Positions 8,734-17,386 of a stretch of 30,570 nt of DNA are shown piece after piece (the stretch's first letter is position 1; the number at the start of each line of letters is the position of its first letter). This DNA is from Pseudomonadota bacterium (lineage in GTDB: Bacteria > Bdellovibrionota > FAC87 > UBA2466). Location: the NCBI GenBank assembly GCA_043718025.1, contig JAYSWN010000099.1, positions 1 through 30,570 of the forward strand, written 5' to 3'. The notes under the pieces were generated by a model. That model saw nothing but the letters and a program-made list of their open reading frames with translations. It was not told the DNA's origin and ran no database searches. A program made the position numbers and the translations under genes.

Positions 8734-10644
8734 TTACTCAGGTTTTGTGCCGTCTTCTTCCGAAGAGGGCGAAACCACAGCGCCTTTAAGCTTCTGAGCT
8801 AAAGACTCGTCCAGCAAGTCAGCAAGGCTCGTGCGAGACGACCCTGTTTGCTTAGCGTACTGGCGAATGTTTTCGCGCTCTTCGGCTTTGGTAAGCGCCT
8901 TAACGGAGAGAGAAAGCTTATGCTCTTTTAGGTCTACCGAGGTCACCATGACTTCCATCTCGGTGCCTTCAGCGTAACTCTTCAAGCGGTCTTTCGGTTT
9001 TCCTTCGCCGTCCAATTCAGAGGCGTGAAGAAGACCTTCCACTCCGTTTTCAATCTCCATGAACAAGCCAAATTCAGCGATCTTGGTGACCTTGGCCTTG
9101 AGGCGCGTTCCGACCGGATATTTTTCCGCAACGGCGCGCCAGGGATCATTCGAAAGCTGCTTGATACCCAAGCTGAATTTCTCAGCGGCTTTGTCAATGG
9201 AGAGCACTACGCACTCCACTTCGTCGCCTTTTTTATACTGGGTATTCGGGTCCACAGCTTTATTTTCCCAGCTGATGTCACTCACGTGCACCAGGCCGTC
9301 GATTCCTTCTGGAACTCCAACAAAGATACCGAAATCAGTAGTGTTCTTGATGGTTCCTTTAATCTGGGTTCCAGGCGGATATTTCTCAGCGAGAAGATCC
9401 CACGGATTCGGCTCAATCTGCTTCATACCAAGCGAGATGCGGCGGTTGCCCATATCGACATCGAGTACGATCGCTTCAACCACATCGCCTTCGTTCACGA
9501 GCTTTGATGGGTGCTTCACACGTTGAGTCCACGACATTTCAGAAACATGGACCAAACCTTCAACGCCGGGTTCGATTTCAACGAATGCGCCGTAGTCAGT
9601 CAGACTGACCACTTTGCCCTTTACCCGTAATTGAACATGGTAGCGCTCTTCCACAGTGTTCCAGGGATCCGGGAGCAGCTGTTTGTAGCCGAGGCTGACA
9701 CGTTCTTTTTCGTGGTCGTATTTAAGAACTTTAACTTTGATCTTATCGCCGACTTTGAACACTTCCGAAGGATGCTTGATGCGCCCCCAAGACATGTCGG
9801 TGATATGAAGAAGTCCATCCAAGCCGCCCAAGTCGATGAAAGCACCGTACTCGGTAAGGTTCTTGATGATACCCTCGGTGACCATTCCCTCTTCGATCTG
9901 CGAAAGGGTCTGTTCCTTCATGCGTGCGCGCTCTTCCATCAAGAGGAGGCGACGAGAAAGCACGATGTTGCCGCGCTTTTTGTTGAACTTAATAATTTTA
10001 AATTTAAATGTTTTGCCAAGGAACTGATCGAGATTCTTGGTCGGACGGATGTCCACTTGAGAACCGGGTAAGAAGGCCTTAACGCCAATGTCGACCGATA
10101 AACCGCCTTTAACTTTGGCGACTACGGTGCCTTCAACCAATTCATCTTTTTCACACGCTTCGCTGATCTCATCCCAGGCACGAAGTACATCGGCCTTCTC
10201 TTTGGAAAGGATCAAACGACCGTGATCGTCTTCAACGCGTTCAATATAAACAAGAATATGGTCGCCAGCTGCGATACCCATTTCACCGCGGTTATCCATG
10301 AACTCGGCGGCGTTGATCTGGCCTTCGGATTTGTAACCGATATCAACGGTTACATAATCGCTGGAGAGGCTAATGACCTGTCCTTCGACCACTTCACCCT
10401 CCTGAAACTTTACCCCTTTTGAAGTCTCTTCAAGCAATTGAGAAAACGTAAAACCGTCTTCTTTCAACGCTTCAATTCGACTTTCGAGTTCTGTGTCTTT
10501 TTCCGGAAGTTCCGGAAGTTCCGATATGGAAAGGTGCTGACGACGATTTTTCATAAATCCTGGTCCTCTTGAATCATCAATGTTAACCCGCTTGGAGGTC
10601 CGGCTGGAGGTTGAATCGCCCACTCCCTGGTTTTGCAAAGCCAT
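8734..10644 (-). CDS. rpsA: 30S ribosomal protein S1 with N-terminal extension
   Basis: Six S1 repeats: VDIGYKSEG, AFLPGSQVD, YGAFIDLGGLDGLLHITDMSW, EGLVHVSEMSW, DGLVHVSDISW, EGLLHASEL. Confidence 0.98.
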   Translation of the reverse strand: MALQNQGVGDSTSSRTSKRVNIDDSRGPGFMKNRRQHLSISELPELPEKDTELESRIEALKEDGFTFSQLLEETSKGVKFQEGEVVEGQVISLSSDYVTVDIGYKSEGQINAAEFMDNRGEMGIAAGDHILVYIERVEDDHGRLILSKEKADVLRAWDEISEACEKDELVEGTVVAKVKGGLSVDIGVKAFLPGSQVDIRPTKNLDQFLGKTFKFKIIKFNKKRGNIVLSRRLLLMEERARMKEQTLSQIEEGMVTEGIIKNLTEYGAFIDLGGLDGLLHITDMSWGRIKHPSEVFKVGDKIKVKVLKYDHEKERVSLGYKQLLPDPWNTVEERYHVQLRVKGKVVSLTDYGAFVEIEPGVEGLVHVSEMSWTQRVKHPSKLVNEGDVVEAIVLDVDMGNRRISLGMKQIEPNPWDLLAEKYPPGTQIKGTIKNTTDFGIFVGVPEGIDGLVHVSDISWENKAVDPNTQYKKGDEVECVVLSIDKAAEKFSLGIKQLSNDPWRAVAEKYPVGTRLKAKVTKIAEFGLFMEIENGVEGLLHASELDGEGKPKDRLKSYAEGTEMEVMVTSVDLKEHKLSLSVKALTKAEERENIRQYAKQTGSSRTSLADLLDESLAQKLKGAVVSPSSEEDGTKPE

Positions 10645-10898
10645 ACTTAAATCGATCTCCCGAAATACTGAAACTTAACTCAAACCGTCTTTAATGGTTG
10701 CGCCAGCTCGGTGAAAAACGGTCGCCAAGCGCCAAAAAATGAGTCCCCGATTTTTCCTATGGGCGGGGCAAAGTGTCAATATCTTTTGATTCTCAATGGC
10801 TTGTTCACGCGCCGGGATAGCCCCTTTCGGGGTGTCGGCATCTGTTCCCTAGTGACCGGGTTTCAAACCTTTTTTATTCACCATTGAACTGAAAGGTT

Positions 10899-10914
10899 GG
10901 GAACAGGTCTCGCA
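10899..10914 (+). promoter_or_regulatory. Possible sigma54 (-24/-12) promoter
   Basis: GG-AACAGGTCTC-GC-A (GG-N10-GC at 10900-10913), 13 nt before the ATG at 10927; imperfect match to TGGCACG-N4-TTGC. Confidence 0.35.
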
Positions 10915-10926
10915 ACTTTGATTTTC

Positions 10927-11385
10927 ATGAAGTTTACGAAACCTAAAATAAGCCTATTGATCTGTTCTACCGCGATCGCGACCCTTTTAACCGGTTGCGG
11001 GGGAGACGGCGAGCAAATTCCGATCCATCCTCGACTGCCCGCCGCGTTCCAGCGCTCTAAACCGGCCTTCCAGTTACTAATCGATAGGGCAAGTCACTGG
11101 GAGATACGGGTGCAGGCCTTGCCCGAAGGCCAAGAGTTGGTGCGAACTGCGTCCCCGCAAAAGGGCACGGGATGGGGCACCACGGGTCAGGCTCTGCCGG
11201 TTCAATTGCCGACTAGTCCATCGGGGCAGTGGGAAATCGGGGTTCGCCTTTTCGATCGCAAAGAGAATGGGCAAGTGCGGGGTTTTGCCGTGCTAGAAGG
11301 CAAAAAAAAGGTGAGCAAGGGAGAGTTGGCCCCCCAAAAGCCCATTGAGGTGTTCCTGCACTATCGGGAGCCATCAAAAGAGTGA
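10927..11385 (+). CDS. Hypothetical lipoprotein
   Basis: MKFTKPK + hydrophobic stretch + lipobox LTG-C; the ATG at 10927 gives a canonical signal length, so it is preferred to TTG 10897. Confidence 0.7.
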   Translation: MKFTKPKISLLICSTAIATLLTGCGGDGEQIPIHPRLPAAFQRSKPAFQLLIDRASHWEIRVQALPEGQELVRTASPQKGTGWGTTGQALPVQLPTSPSGQWEIGVRLFDRKENGQVRGFAVLEGKKKVSKGELAPQKPIEVFLHYREPSKE

Positions 11386-11394
11386 GACCGGAAG

Positions 11395-12324
11395 TTAAGC
11401 ATTCGCCGTGACTGGCGTACCAAATCCCACCCCACTGTTTCTTTGTATGAACTCAAAGAAAAACGGTCCGATCACGTTTTGGCTATAAACTTGGGCCAGT
11501 GCGTTCTGGGGATTGTCAGCGGTGGTTAAAAGGGCGACCCCCCCTTTTTTCAGCTTCTGTAGGCTCTGAGCCATTTCTGTTGAGGCCAATGCAAGGTGCT
11601 GCACACCCGCGCCATGGTTCACATCCAAAAAATCTTGAACCTGATTCGCCGCGATCAGCGACTGATTAAAAGTCATCTTAATTGCGCCATCAGGACTCTC
11701 TAATGCTTTTGGCGATTCTGGCCCGTCCGCTACTAGGGGAGAAGCCTTTAAGCCAAAGACCTGCTGATAAAACTGCAGCCAATCTGCTAGATTGGCTTGG
11801 GGAATTACCGACCCAATGTGGTCAATTTCCGTCAACCCTCCGCCTTCATTTTGCGAACGAAAGGGTAATTCAAAGCCTTCAGAGAACAGGCTTCCTTCTC
11901 GCGATATAAAACCGTGCCTCACGTCACCAAAGGCTTTTATCGACGCAAAATGCACTTGTCCGAAGTCACGGGAAATGGTTTTTGGCCCGTCGGCCATCAG
12001 GGCGCCGCGCTGGACGGCCAGTTCGAAAGCGGTCATGGCGTCTTTGCAGCGGAAGGTAATTTGATAAAGCCCATCGCCGTGGGCTTCGACAAACTTAGAA
12101 ATTGAATCAGTTTTCTGCGGGCCAAGACTGGTGCTTTGCGTCAACACCACGGTGATTTGGTTTTGAGAAAAGAGCACCGAGCGCAGGTTGCGATCTTTCA
12201 GCTCTCGCACCGCAGCTTTTTCAAAGCCCATCCGTAGAAAGAGCGGCGAAACCTTTTCGAGATCGGCTACGGCAAATTCCACGTGATCGAATCCTAAGAT
12301 TCCCAGAGCGAAATAGTCAGACAT
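11395..12324 (-). CDS. 4-hydroxyphenylpyruvate dioxygenase-like VOC-family protein, shortened
   Basis: FDHVEFAV, FVEAHGDG, IDH, GAGVQHLAL, GPFFFEFIQR..GFG. Start moved to ATG 12324, which overlaps the trmD stop (ATGTCTGA). Confidence 0.8.
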   Translation of the reverse strand: MSDYFALGILGFDHVEFAVADLEKVSPLFLRMGFEKAAVRELKDRNLRSVLFSQNQITVVLTQSTSLGPQKTDSISKFVEAHGDGLYQITFRCKDAMTAFELAVQRGALMADGPKTISRDFGQVHFASIKAFGDVRHGFISREGSLFSEGFELPFRSQNEGGGLTEIDHIGSVIPQANLADWLQFYQQVFGLKASPLVADGPESPKALESPDGAIKMTFNQSLIAANQVQDFLDVNHGAGVQHLALASTEMAQSLQKLKKGGVALLTTADNPQNALAQVYSQNVIGPFFFEFIQRNSGVGFGTPVTANA

Positions 12325-13066
12325 GGAAGGGAGTATCTGAGCGGCTATCTGCATTGTCAAAATGGGCGGTCTTTTGTCTTGGTAAAGAGCGTTTGCGTGC
12401 TTGTTCAAGCCTCCATCCGGCAATCGCTTTGTGGTTTCCGTTCAGTAGAATCGGTGGCACGACTAACGTTCGGAATTCGGCGGGTCGAGTGTAATGGGGG
12501 TATTCAATTAACTTTGCGCCGGTATCGGGGTCTTCAATTTGAAACGATTCTGTACGGTAACCTTCGGGATGGCCTAGGCTTCCATCCAGCCCGCGAATCA
12601 GGGCATCGGCAAATAGCAAAGCGGGGAGCTCTCCTCCGGAAACCACAAAATTGCCAATCGAGAGTTCCAGGTCAACCCAATGGTCCAAAAACCGCTGATC
12701 TAACCCCTCGTAATGACCGCAAATCAGAATGAAGTGACCCTTTGGCTGACGATGGTGAAGCCCTTGAATCAAGTCTTGGGTGAGAAGTGTGCCGCCTGGT
12801 GCCGGAACCACCACGAGCGATTTTTCACTCGGCATTTTGGCTTTAACCGCTTCTACCGCCGCCACCAGTGGCTCCACCTTGAGAACCATGCCGCCACCCC
12901 CACCATAGGCGACGTCGTCGACCGTACGGTGGGGGCCGGTGGCAAAATCCCGCAGCTGAATGGCTTCATATTCAAAAAGGCCGGCTTCATGGGCGCGCCC
13001 CATGATGCTGGTCGTTAACCAGGCGTGGATGGTTTCAGGAAATAGGGTGATAAACGAAAATTTCAT
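12317..13066 (-). CDS. trmD: tRNA (guanine37-N1)-methyltransferase
   Basis: ITLFPE, VDDVAYGGGGGMVLK, CGHYEGLDQR, SIG.FVVSGGE, ESF, EYPHYTRP; follows rimM. Confidence 0.97.
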   Translation of the reverse strand: MKFSFITLFPETIHAWLTTSIMGRAHEAGLFEYEAIQLRDFATGPHRTVDDVAYGGGGGMVLKVEPLVAAVEAVKAKMPSEKSLVVVPAPGGTLLTQDLIQGLHHRQPKGHFILICGHYEGLDQRFLDHWVDLELSIGNFVVSGGELPALLFADALIRGLDGSLGHPEGYRTESFQIEDPDTGAKLIEYPHYTRPAEFRTLVVPPILLNGNHKAIAGWRLEQARKRSLPRQKTAHFDNADSRSDTPFHV

Positions 13067-13584
13067 TATTGGTGTTTTACGAGCTCATCTAGGTTTCCCA
13101 AAATGATCGTGCCCGCCTTAACATCGACCTTCTTCAAGTAGGCCTTAGTAGCAGGAACCGCGATTTGTTGCCCGTTAATTTCAAACCACCAGCGGTCGGT
13201 GGAGAAGGGGACTGCTTCGGCGTGAAGAAAGCGGCCTAAAGCCTTGCCTTGTTCATCCACGGCCTTCATGCCTTCTAGGTCAGAGAGGTAGAACTCGTCT
13301 TCCTGGGGTGCATCGAGATCCTCACGATTTACAAAGACTTTTTGCCCCATTATTGGGTCGGTGGCTTCAATGCGTTCGATGCCGGCGAGAGTGACTTTCC
13401 ATCCCTTGGGCATCCAGCTGGACTCTAAAATCTCGTACTCTTGGGTCTGTTCGGGGGAAGCCCCTAAGAAGAGAGTCGGCACGTATTCCAGCGCTGATTC
13501 TTGGCCGGTGTCCGTGCGCACAAGTACGGACCCGTCCAAACCATGAGGTTTGACGACCGTACCGATCAGTACCATTTTCGCCAT
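13066..13584 (-). CDS. rimM: Ribosome maturation factor RimM
   Basis: IGTVVKPHGLDG, EDEFYLSDLEG, PRC-barrel-like C-terminus; lies between rpsP and trmD. Confidence 0.93.
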   Translation of the reverse strand: MAKMVLIGTVVKPHGLDGSVLVRTDTGQESALEYVPTLFLGASPEQTQEYEILESSWMPKGWKVTLAGIERIEATDPIMGQKVFVNREDLDAPQEDEFYLSDLEGMKAVDEQGKALGRFLHAEAVPFSTDRWWFEINGQQIAVPATKAYLKKVDVKAGTIILGNLDELVKHQ

Positions 13585-13590
13585 CAGCGA

Positions 13591-13920
13591 TTACGCTTCA
13601 GCTGCGGCTTTTTTTGCAGGCTTTTTTGCTTTCGGCGCGGCCGGAGCTTGCTCGGTAACCCCTTCGACCGGGGCGCTCCAGCTCTTGATTACCGGCTTTA
13701 ACAAGCTAGCAACGGTATGCGACATTTTTGCACCAACGCTGAGCCAATACTCGAGGCGAGGACGCTCAACCGACACACCTACAGAGTCCTTTAGCGGATT
13801 GAAGGCGCCGATATGTTCAATAAACTTGCCATCGCGTGGGGCAGTTTTGGTCTGCACAACCAAGCGATAATAGGGGCGTTTCTTAGTTCCGTGTCTTGCC
13901 ATTCGGATAACAGTTGCCAT
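13591..13920 (-). CDS. rpsP: 30S ribosomal protein S16
   Basis: IRMARHGTKKRPYYRLVV, PRDGKFIE, YWLSVGA; ATG 13920 with GAGG upstream; Ala/Lys-rich tail. Confidence 0.97.
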   Translation of the reverse strand: MATVIRMARHGTKKRPYYRLVVQTKTAPRDGKFIEHIGAFNPLKDSVGVSVERPRLEYWLSVGAKMSHTVASLLKPVIKSWSAPVEGVTEQAPAAPKAKKPAKKAAAEA

Positions 13921-13953
13921 CGTAATCAGATCCTCTTTCAAAAGCTCGATTTC

Positions 13954-15282
13954 TTACCACAAACTTCTACGTTTTCCCATAGCCGACTTAGTGAAGCGAT
14001 TCATCATCTTCCGAGCTTCTAAGAACTGCTTCATCAACCGGTTTACATCTTCCACCTTCGTGCCGCTGCCTCCTGCAATCCGGCGTCGCCGGCTGCCATC
14101 GATCACGTTGTGATCGGTGCGTTCTTCAGGCGTCATCGACAAGATGATGGCTTCAATCTTTTTTAACTCCGCGTCGGGAGGTGGCATTGCCGCCAGCTGC
14201 TTAGAAACCTGCCCCATTCCAGGTAGGAACTTCAGAAGGTTTTCAAACGAGCCCATCTTTTTAATCTGCTGAAGGTGTAAATAAAAGTCAGCTAAGGTGA
14301 ATTCGTTCTTTTTTACCTTTTTGGCAAGCTTTAGCCCTTCTTCTGGGTCGATGCTCGCTTGCGCCTTTTCCGCGAGCGAAAGCAAATCGCCCATGTCGAG
14401 AATGCGCGAGGCCAAGCGATCGGGGTGAAAGACCTCGAGTTCGCCAGCTTTCTCGCCAACCCCTAAGAATTTAATCGGGCAACCAGTTGCCGCGCGAACC
14501 GAAAGGGCCGCTCCACCACGGCTATCGCCATCGAGCTTGGTGAGCACCACGCCCGTTAGTGGCAACCGTTCTTTGAAGGCGGTGGCAACTTCGACCGCAA
14601 CTTGGCCAATCATTCCATCTACTACTAATAAAATTTCAGCGGGATTGAGGGCCTGAGCCACTTCCTGAATTTCGTCCATCATCTCTTGATCGACGTGAAG
14701 TCGGCCGGCCGTATCTAACAACAACACGTCTGCTTGTCGGCGAATCGCCTCTTCTTGCGCCATAATGGCGCGGTCGCGCGCCGAGTTAGTCACATTATTT
14801 TCAATGTGCTCAACCCCTAATGCTTCAAGCTGAACTTGTAATTGTTCAATGGCCCCGGGCCGGTATAGGTCAACTGAGGCGCCTACGACATTTTTCTTTA
14901 AAGTCTCTTTGAGGTACTTAGCGAGCTTTACTGCCGTGGTGGTTTTACCGCTACCTTGCAAGCCCACGACCATGAATATAGCCGGCGGCCGCACCTTAAA
15001 GTTGAGCGGGGTGGCCTCGCCACCCATCATATTGGCCAGCTCATGGTAAACAATTTTGATGAACTGCTGCTCGGGAGAAAGGCTCTTCTGAACCACTTCG
15101 CCTAGGCTCTTCTCGCGAACCGATTGAACGAAGTCTTTAACGACTTTAACGTTCACATCAGCTTCAAGCAGGCTGGTCTGCAGTTGGCGACAAACTTCGT
15201 CGATCGTCTCTTCAGTGAGACGATTTTTGCCTGAAATCGTTCGTAACGTGTTTAATAATTTCTCTGTAAGTGACTCGAACAC
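13954..15282 (-). CDS. ffh: Signal recognition particle protein
   Basis: MFESL, LLEADV, GLQGSGKTT, DTAGR, TKLDGDSRGGAALS, FHPDRLASRILDMGD, SRRRRIAGGSG; GTG start with AGGAG. Confidence 0.98.
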   Translation of the reverse strand: MFESLTEKLLNTLRTISGKNRLTEETIDEVCRQLQTSLLEADVNVKVVKDFVQSVREKSLGEVVQKSLSPEQQFIKIVYHELANMMGGEATPLNFKVRPPAIFMVVGLQGSGKTTTAVKLAKYLKETLKKNVVGASVDLYRPGAIEQLQVQLEALGVEHIENNVTNSARDRAIMAQEEAIRRQADVLLLDTAGRLHVDQEMMDEIQEVAQALNPAEILLVVDGMIGQVAVEVATAFKERLPLTGVVLTKLDGDSRGGAALSVRAATGCPIKFLGVGEKAGELEVFHPDRLASRILDMGDLLSLAEKAQASIDPEEGLKLAKKVKKNEFTLADFYLHLQQIKKMGSFENLLKFLPGMGQVSKQLAAMPPPDAELKKIEAIILSMTPEERTDHNVIDGSRRRRIAGGSGTKVEDVNRLMKQFLEARKMMNRFTKSAMGKRRSLW

Positions 15283-15310
15283 CCCGGACTCCTAACTACA
15301 AAAACATAAA

Positions 15311-17113
15311 TTACAGAAACACTGCCGATGCAGGGAAGTCACCCTTTTGGATGATTTTGTTCACGATGCTCGCTTCAAGCTCGTCATCGTTCTTGGCCAT
15401 ACGACGAATATTTTCTGCCACCCGACGCCGAGCTTTACGAACAAATGCTTTGGCAATCTGGGCGGAGGGCAACATCTCATTCTTTGTTTCTCGCTCTTTG
15501 CTCGCGCGAGAAAGTACGCAAGCTATGGCGTACAGGTCAATGGAGATGTCAGCCAAACGACGAACCGCGAACTGGTTTTCCACTATCCTTTTCCCGTGCC
15601 GGAGTAGGGAGGTCTCTACCTCGGCCGCGAACAAGGATGTGTATTTTTCGAAAGTGGCGGCCTCTTTGGCAAAATCGGGATGAACTCCCGCTAGGTGCTC
15701 ACGGGTAGTCACGCGGCGCTGAATCCATCGCACACCAAAGTCGCTGAGTACGCCGAGCGAATGCATAATGTCGTTTAGCGGCTGCTTAATGACGTTAGCC
15801 AAGACTTTGAGCTGTTCTCCCGGCGCTTGTAGGCCCGAAAGTCCCACCATAAGGCGAAGGATTTCGTTGGTCCCCTCCCAGATCGTAAAAATACGACTGT
15901 CGCGCAGCACTTTTTCGTAGGGGTATTCCTTCATGTAACCTGAGCCACCCGAAATTTGTAGGGCCTCATTGATCGTGCGCCACTCCATTTCGGTGCAAAA
16001 GATTTTGCACATGGCGGTTTCGATCGAATAGTCCTCTTCGCCGCTATCCATTAGATGAGCAGAAACTCGCACCATCGCTTCTGCCGCGTAGGCATCGATG
16101 GTCATGTTGGCGATCTTTGATTGGATAAGGCCAAACTCGATTAATGACTTATCGAACTGCCTTCGTTGGGTGGCGTGGTCCACCGACAATTTTATAATCG
16201 CCCGAGAACCAATGGCGCACGCGCCAGCAAGACCAAGGCGACCATTGTTCAAAACGGAAAGTGCCACTTTAAAACCGTCGCCTGGCTCGCCCAGAACATT
16301 TTCAATCGGTACTTTCACATTTTCGAAATTCAGAGTGGTCGTGGAGCTTCCGACCAATCCCATTTTTTTTTCTTCAGGACCGGAAGAAAATCCATCCATG
16401 TCGCGAGTGACGATAAAGGCGGTGATTTTGTCTTTTTTACTTCCGTCGGGCTTCTTGTGCTCGGTACGGGCAAAGACGGTGAAGAAGTCGGCGATTCCTC
16501 CATTAGTGATCCAGATTTTGCTGCCGTTGAGAATATAGTGTTTTCCATTTGCACTCAGCTCCGCTTTAGTTTTTATGCTCCGGGCGTCACTGCCTGCTCC
16601 TGGTTCAGTGAGTCCGAACGCAGCAATCATTTCGCCAGAAGCCAGTTTCGGAAGGTACGTCTGTTTTTGCTCTTTAGAGCCGAATAGAAGTAACGCTTTC
16701 AATCCAATGGACTGATGAGCGCCTACGGTGGCGGTTAGGCTGGTGTCGACGTTGCCGATTGCGGTTAGAATCTGCACGTAACCGGTGGTATTGAGTCCGA
16801 ATCCGCCGTACTCTTCAGGAATCACCAAACCAAAAAGGCCCATCTCTTTTAGCTGGGCGAGGATTTCTGATGGAATTTTTTTGTTTTCCTCGATCCGCGC
16901 CACGTCCATCGATTTGCCCATTTTTTCGATGGCATCTACGGTCATAGTGACCAATGCTTGCTGCTCTTTCGGCAATTCAGCGTAGGGGAATACTTTTTCG
17001 GAAAGGATGTGGCCTAGGAACATTCCCTTCGCAAAAGAGGGTGGCGAGGTGGCGGTCTTTGCGGTGTTCGACCTCTGTTTTGAAGTGATGTGGTTCTCAA
17101 TCTCAGGTGCCAT
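15311..17113 (-). CDS. Acyl-CoA dehydrogenase, ACAD9/VLCAD-like long form
   Basis: AHQSIG, FGLTEPGAGSDA, NGSKIWITNG, LNNGR, GGSGYMKEYPYE, IWEGTNEILR and a VLCAD-type C-terminal extension. ATG 17113 has a GGAG SD, whereas ATG 17131 abuts the putative -10. Confidence 0.93.
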   Translation of the reverse strand: MAPEIENHITSKQRSNTAKTATSPPSFAKGMFLGHILSEKVFPYAELPKEQQALVTMTVDAIEKMGKSMDVARIEENKKIPSEILAQLKEMGLFGLVIPEEYGGFGLNTTGYVQILTAIGNVDTSLTATVGAHQSIGLKALLLFGSKEQKQTYLPKLASGEMIAAFGLTEPGAGSDARSIKTKAELSANGKHYILNGSKIWITNGGIADFFTVFARTEHKKPDGSKKDKITAFIVTRDMDGFSSGPEEKKMGLVGSSTTTLNFENVKVPIENVLGEPGDGFKVALSVLNNGRLGLAGACAIGSRAIIKLSVDHATQRRQFDKSLIEFGLIQSKIANMTIDAYAAEAMVRVSAHLMDSGEEDYSIETAMCKIFCTEMEWRTINEALQISGGSGYMKEYPYEKVLRDSRIFTIWEGTNEILRLMVGLSGLQAPGEQLKVLANVIKQPLNDIMHSLGVLSDFGVRWIQRRVTTREHLAGVHPDFAKEAATFEKYTSLFAAEVETSLLRHGKRIVENQFAVRRLADISIDLYAIACVLSRASKERETKNEMLPSAQIAKAFVRKARRRVAENIRRMAKNDDELEASIVNKIIQKGDFPASAVFL

Positions 17114-17131
17114 GGAAGTCTCCGTTGCCAT

Positions 17132-17160
17132 TTTGTAGGGGATGCGGCTGACTCCGGCAA
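17132..17160 (-). promoter_or_regulatory. Putative sigma70 promoter for the ACAD-ffh-rpsP-rimM-trmD run
   Basis: TTGCCG(17160-17155)-N17-TACAAA(17137-17132). Confidence 0.45.
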
Positions 17161-17212
17161 GAACTGTGTAAACCCGTTAAATTTCTTGAGAATGATTGGG
17201 AATTGTAGCCCC

Positions 17213-17256
17213 AAAAATACTAAGGGGCGACTTCGTTTTACCGAAGTCGCCCCTTA
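17213..17256 (-). terminator. Strong hairpin, probable terminator of the candidate small RNA
   Basis: Perfect 15-bp stem TAAGGGGCGACTTCG/CGAAGTCGCCCCTTA (17221-17235/17242-17256), followed on the minus strand by GTATTTTT. Confidence 0.75.
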
Positions 17257-17382
17257 CATGGGTTGGGGGTTTACGTTCCCTTGGGGAGGGAACGTAAGTC
17301 GTTAAAAATCTTGTGCTGTCTATACGCCGGGAACATTCCCTCTGCAACTAGAGATAACTAAACGCGTTAGACGAGCGGCGTC
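17213..17382 (-). ncRNA. Candidate ~170-nt structured small RNA, family not recognised
   Basis: Bounded by a promoter and a terminator; 5' stem ACGCCG/CGGCGU encloses small hairpins; 10-bp hairpin with UCCCCAA loop; no useful ORF. Confidence 0.5.
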
Positions 17383-17386
17383 ATTG

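Noticed and set aside
10501..10523. Tandem TTCCGGAAG repeat
   Set aside because: About 2.5 copies in frame encoding ELPELPE within rpsA; not an array.
11365..11410. Frameshifted remnant of the HPPD GEGNF..LF tail (GE and NFRS in other frames)
   Set aside because: Needs several indels and overlaps the end of the opposite-strand lipoprotein gene; chance is likely.
12325..12423. Longer start for the HPPD-like ORF
   Set aside because: Would overlap trmD by about 100 nt; homology begins at MSDYF (12324).
17258..17305. 15-aa plus-strand peptide MGWGFTFPWGGNVSR as a type I toxin
   Set aside because: No RBS or promoter on that strand, and no transmembrane or cationic character.
17213..17382. Identity of the candidate RNA as SRP RNA, 6S RNA, tRNA or a c-di-GMP riboswitch
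   Set aside because: No SRP CAGG..GNRA..AGCAG motif, no end-to-end 6S rod, no tRNA T-loop or CCA, no GCAAA..GAAA..GACGCAAAG pattern. Judged by eye only.
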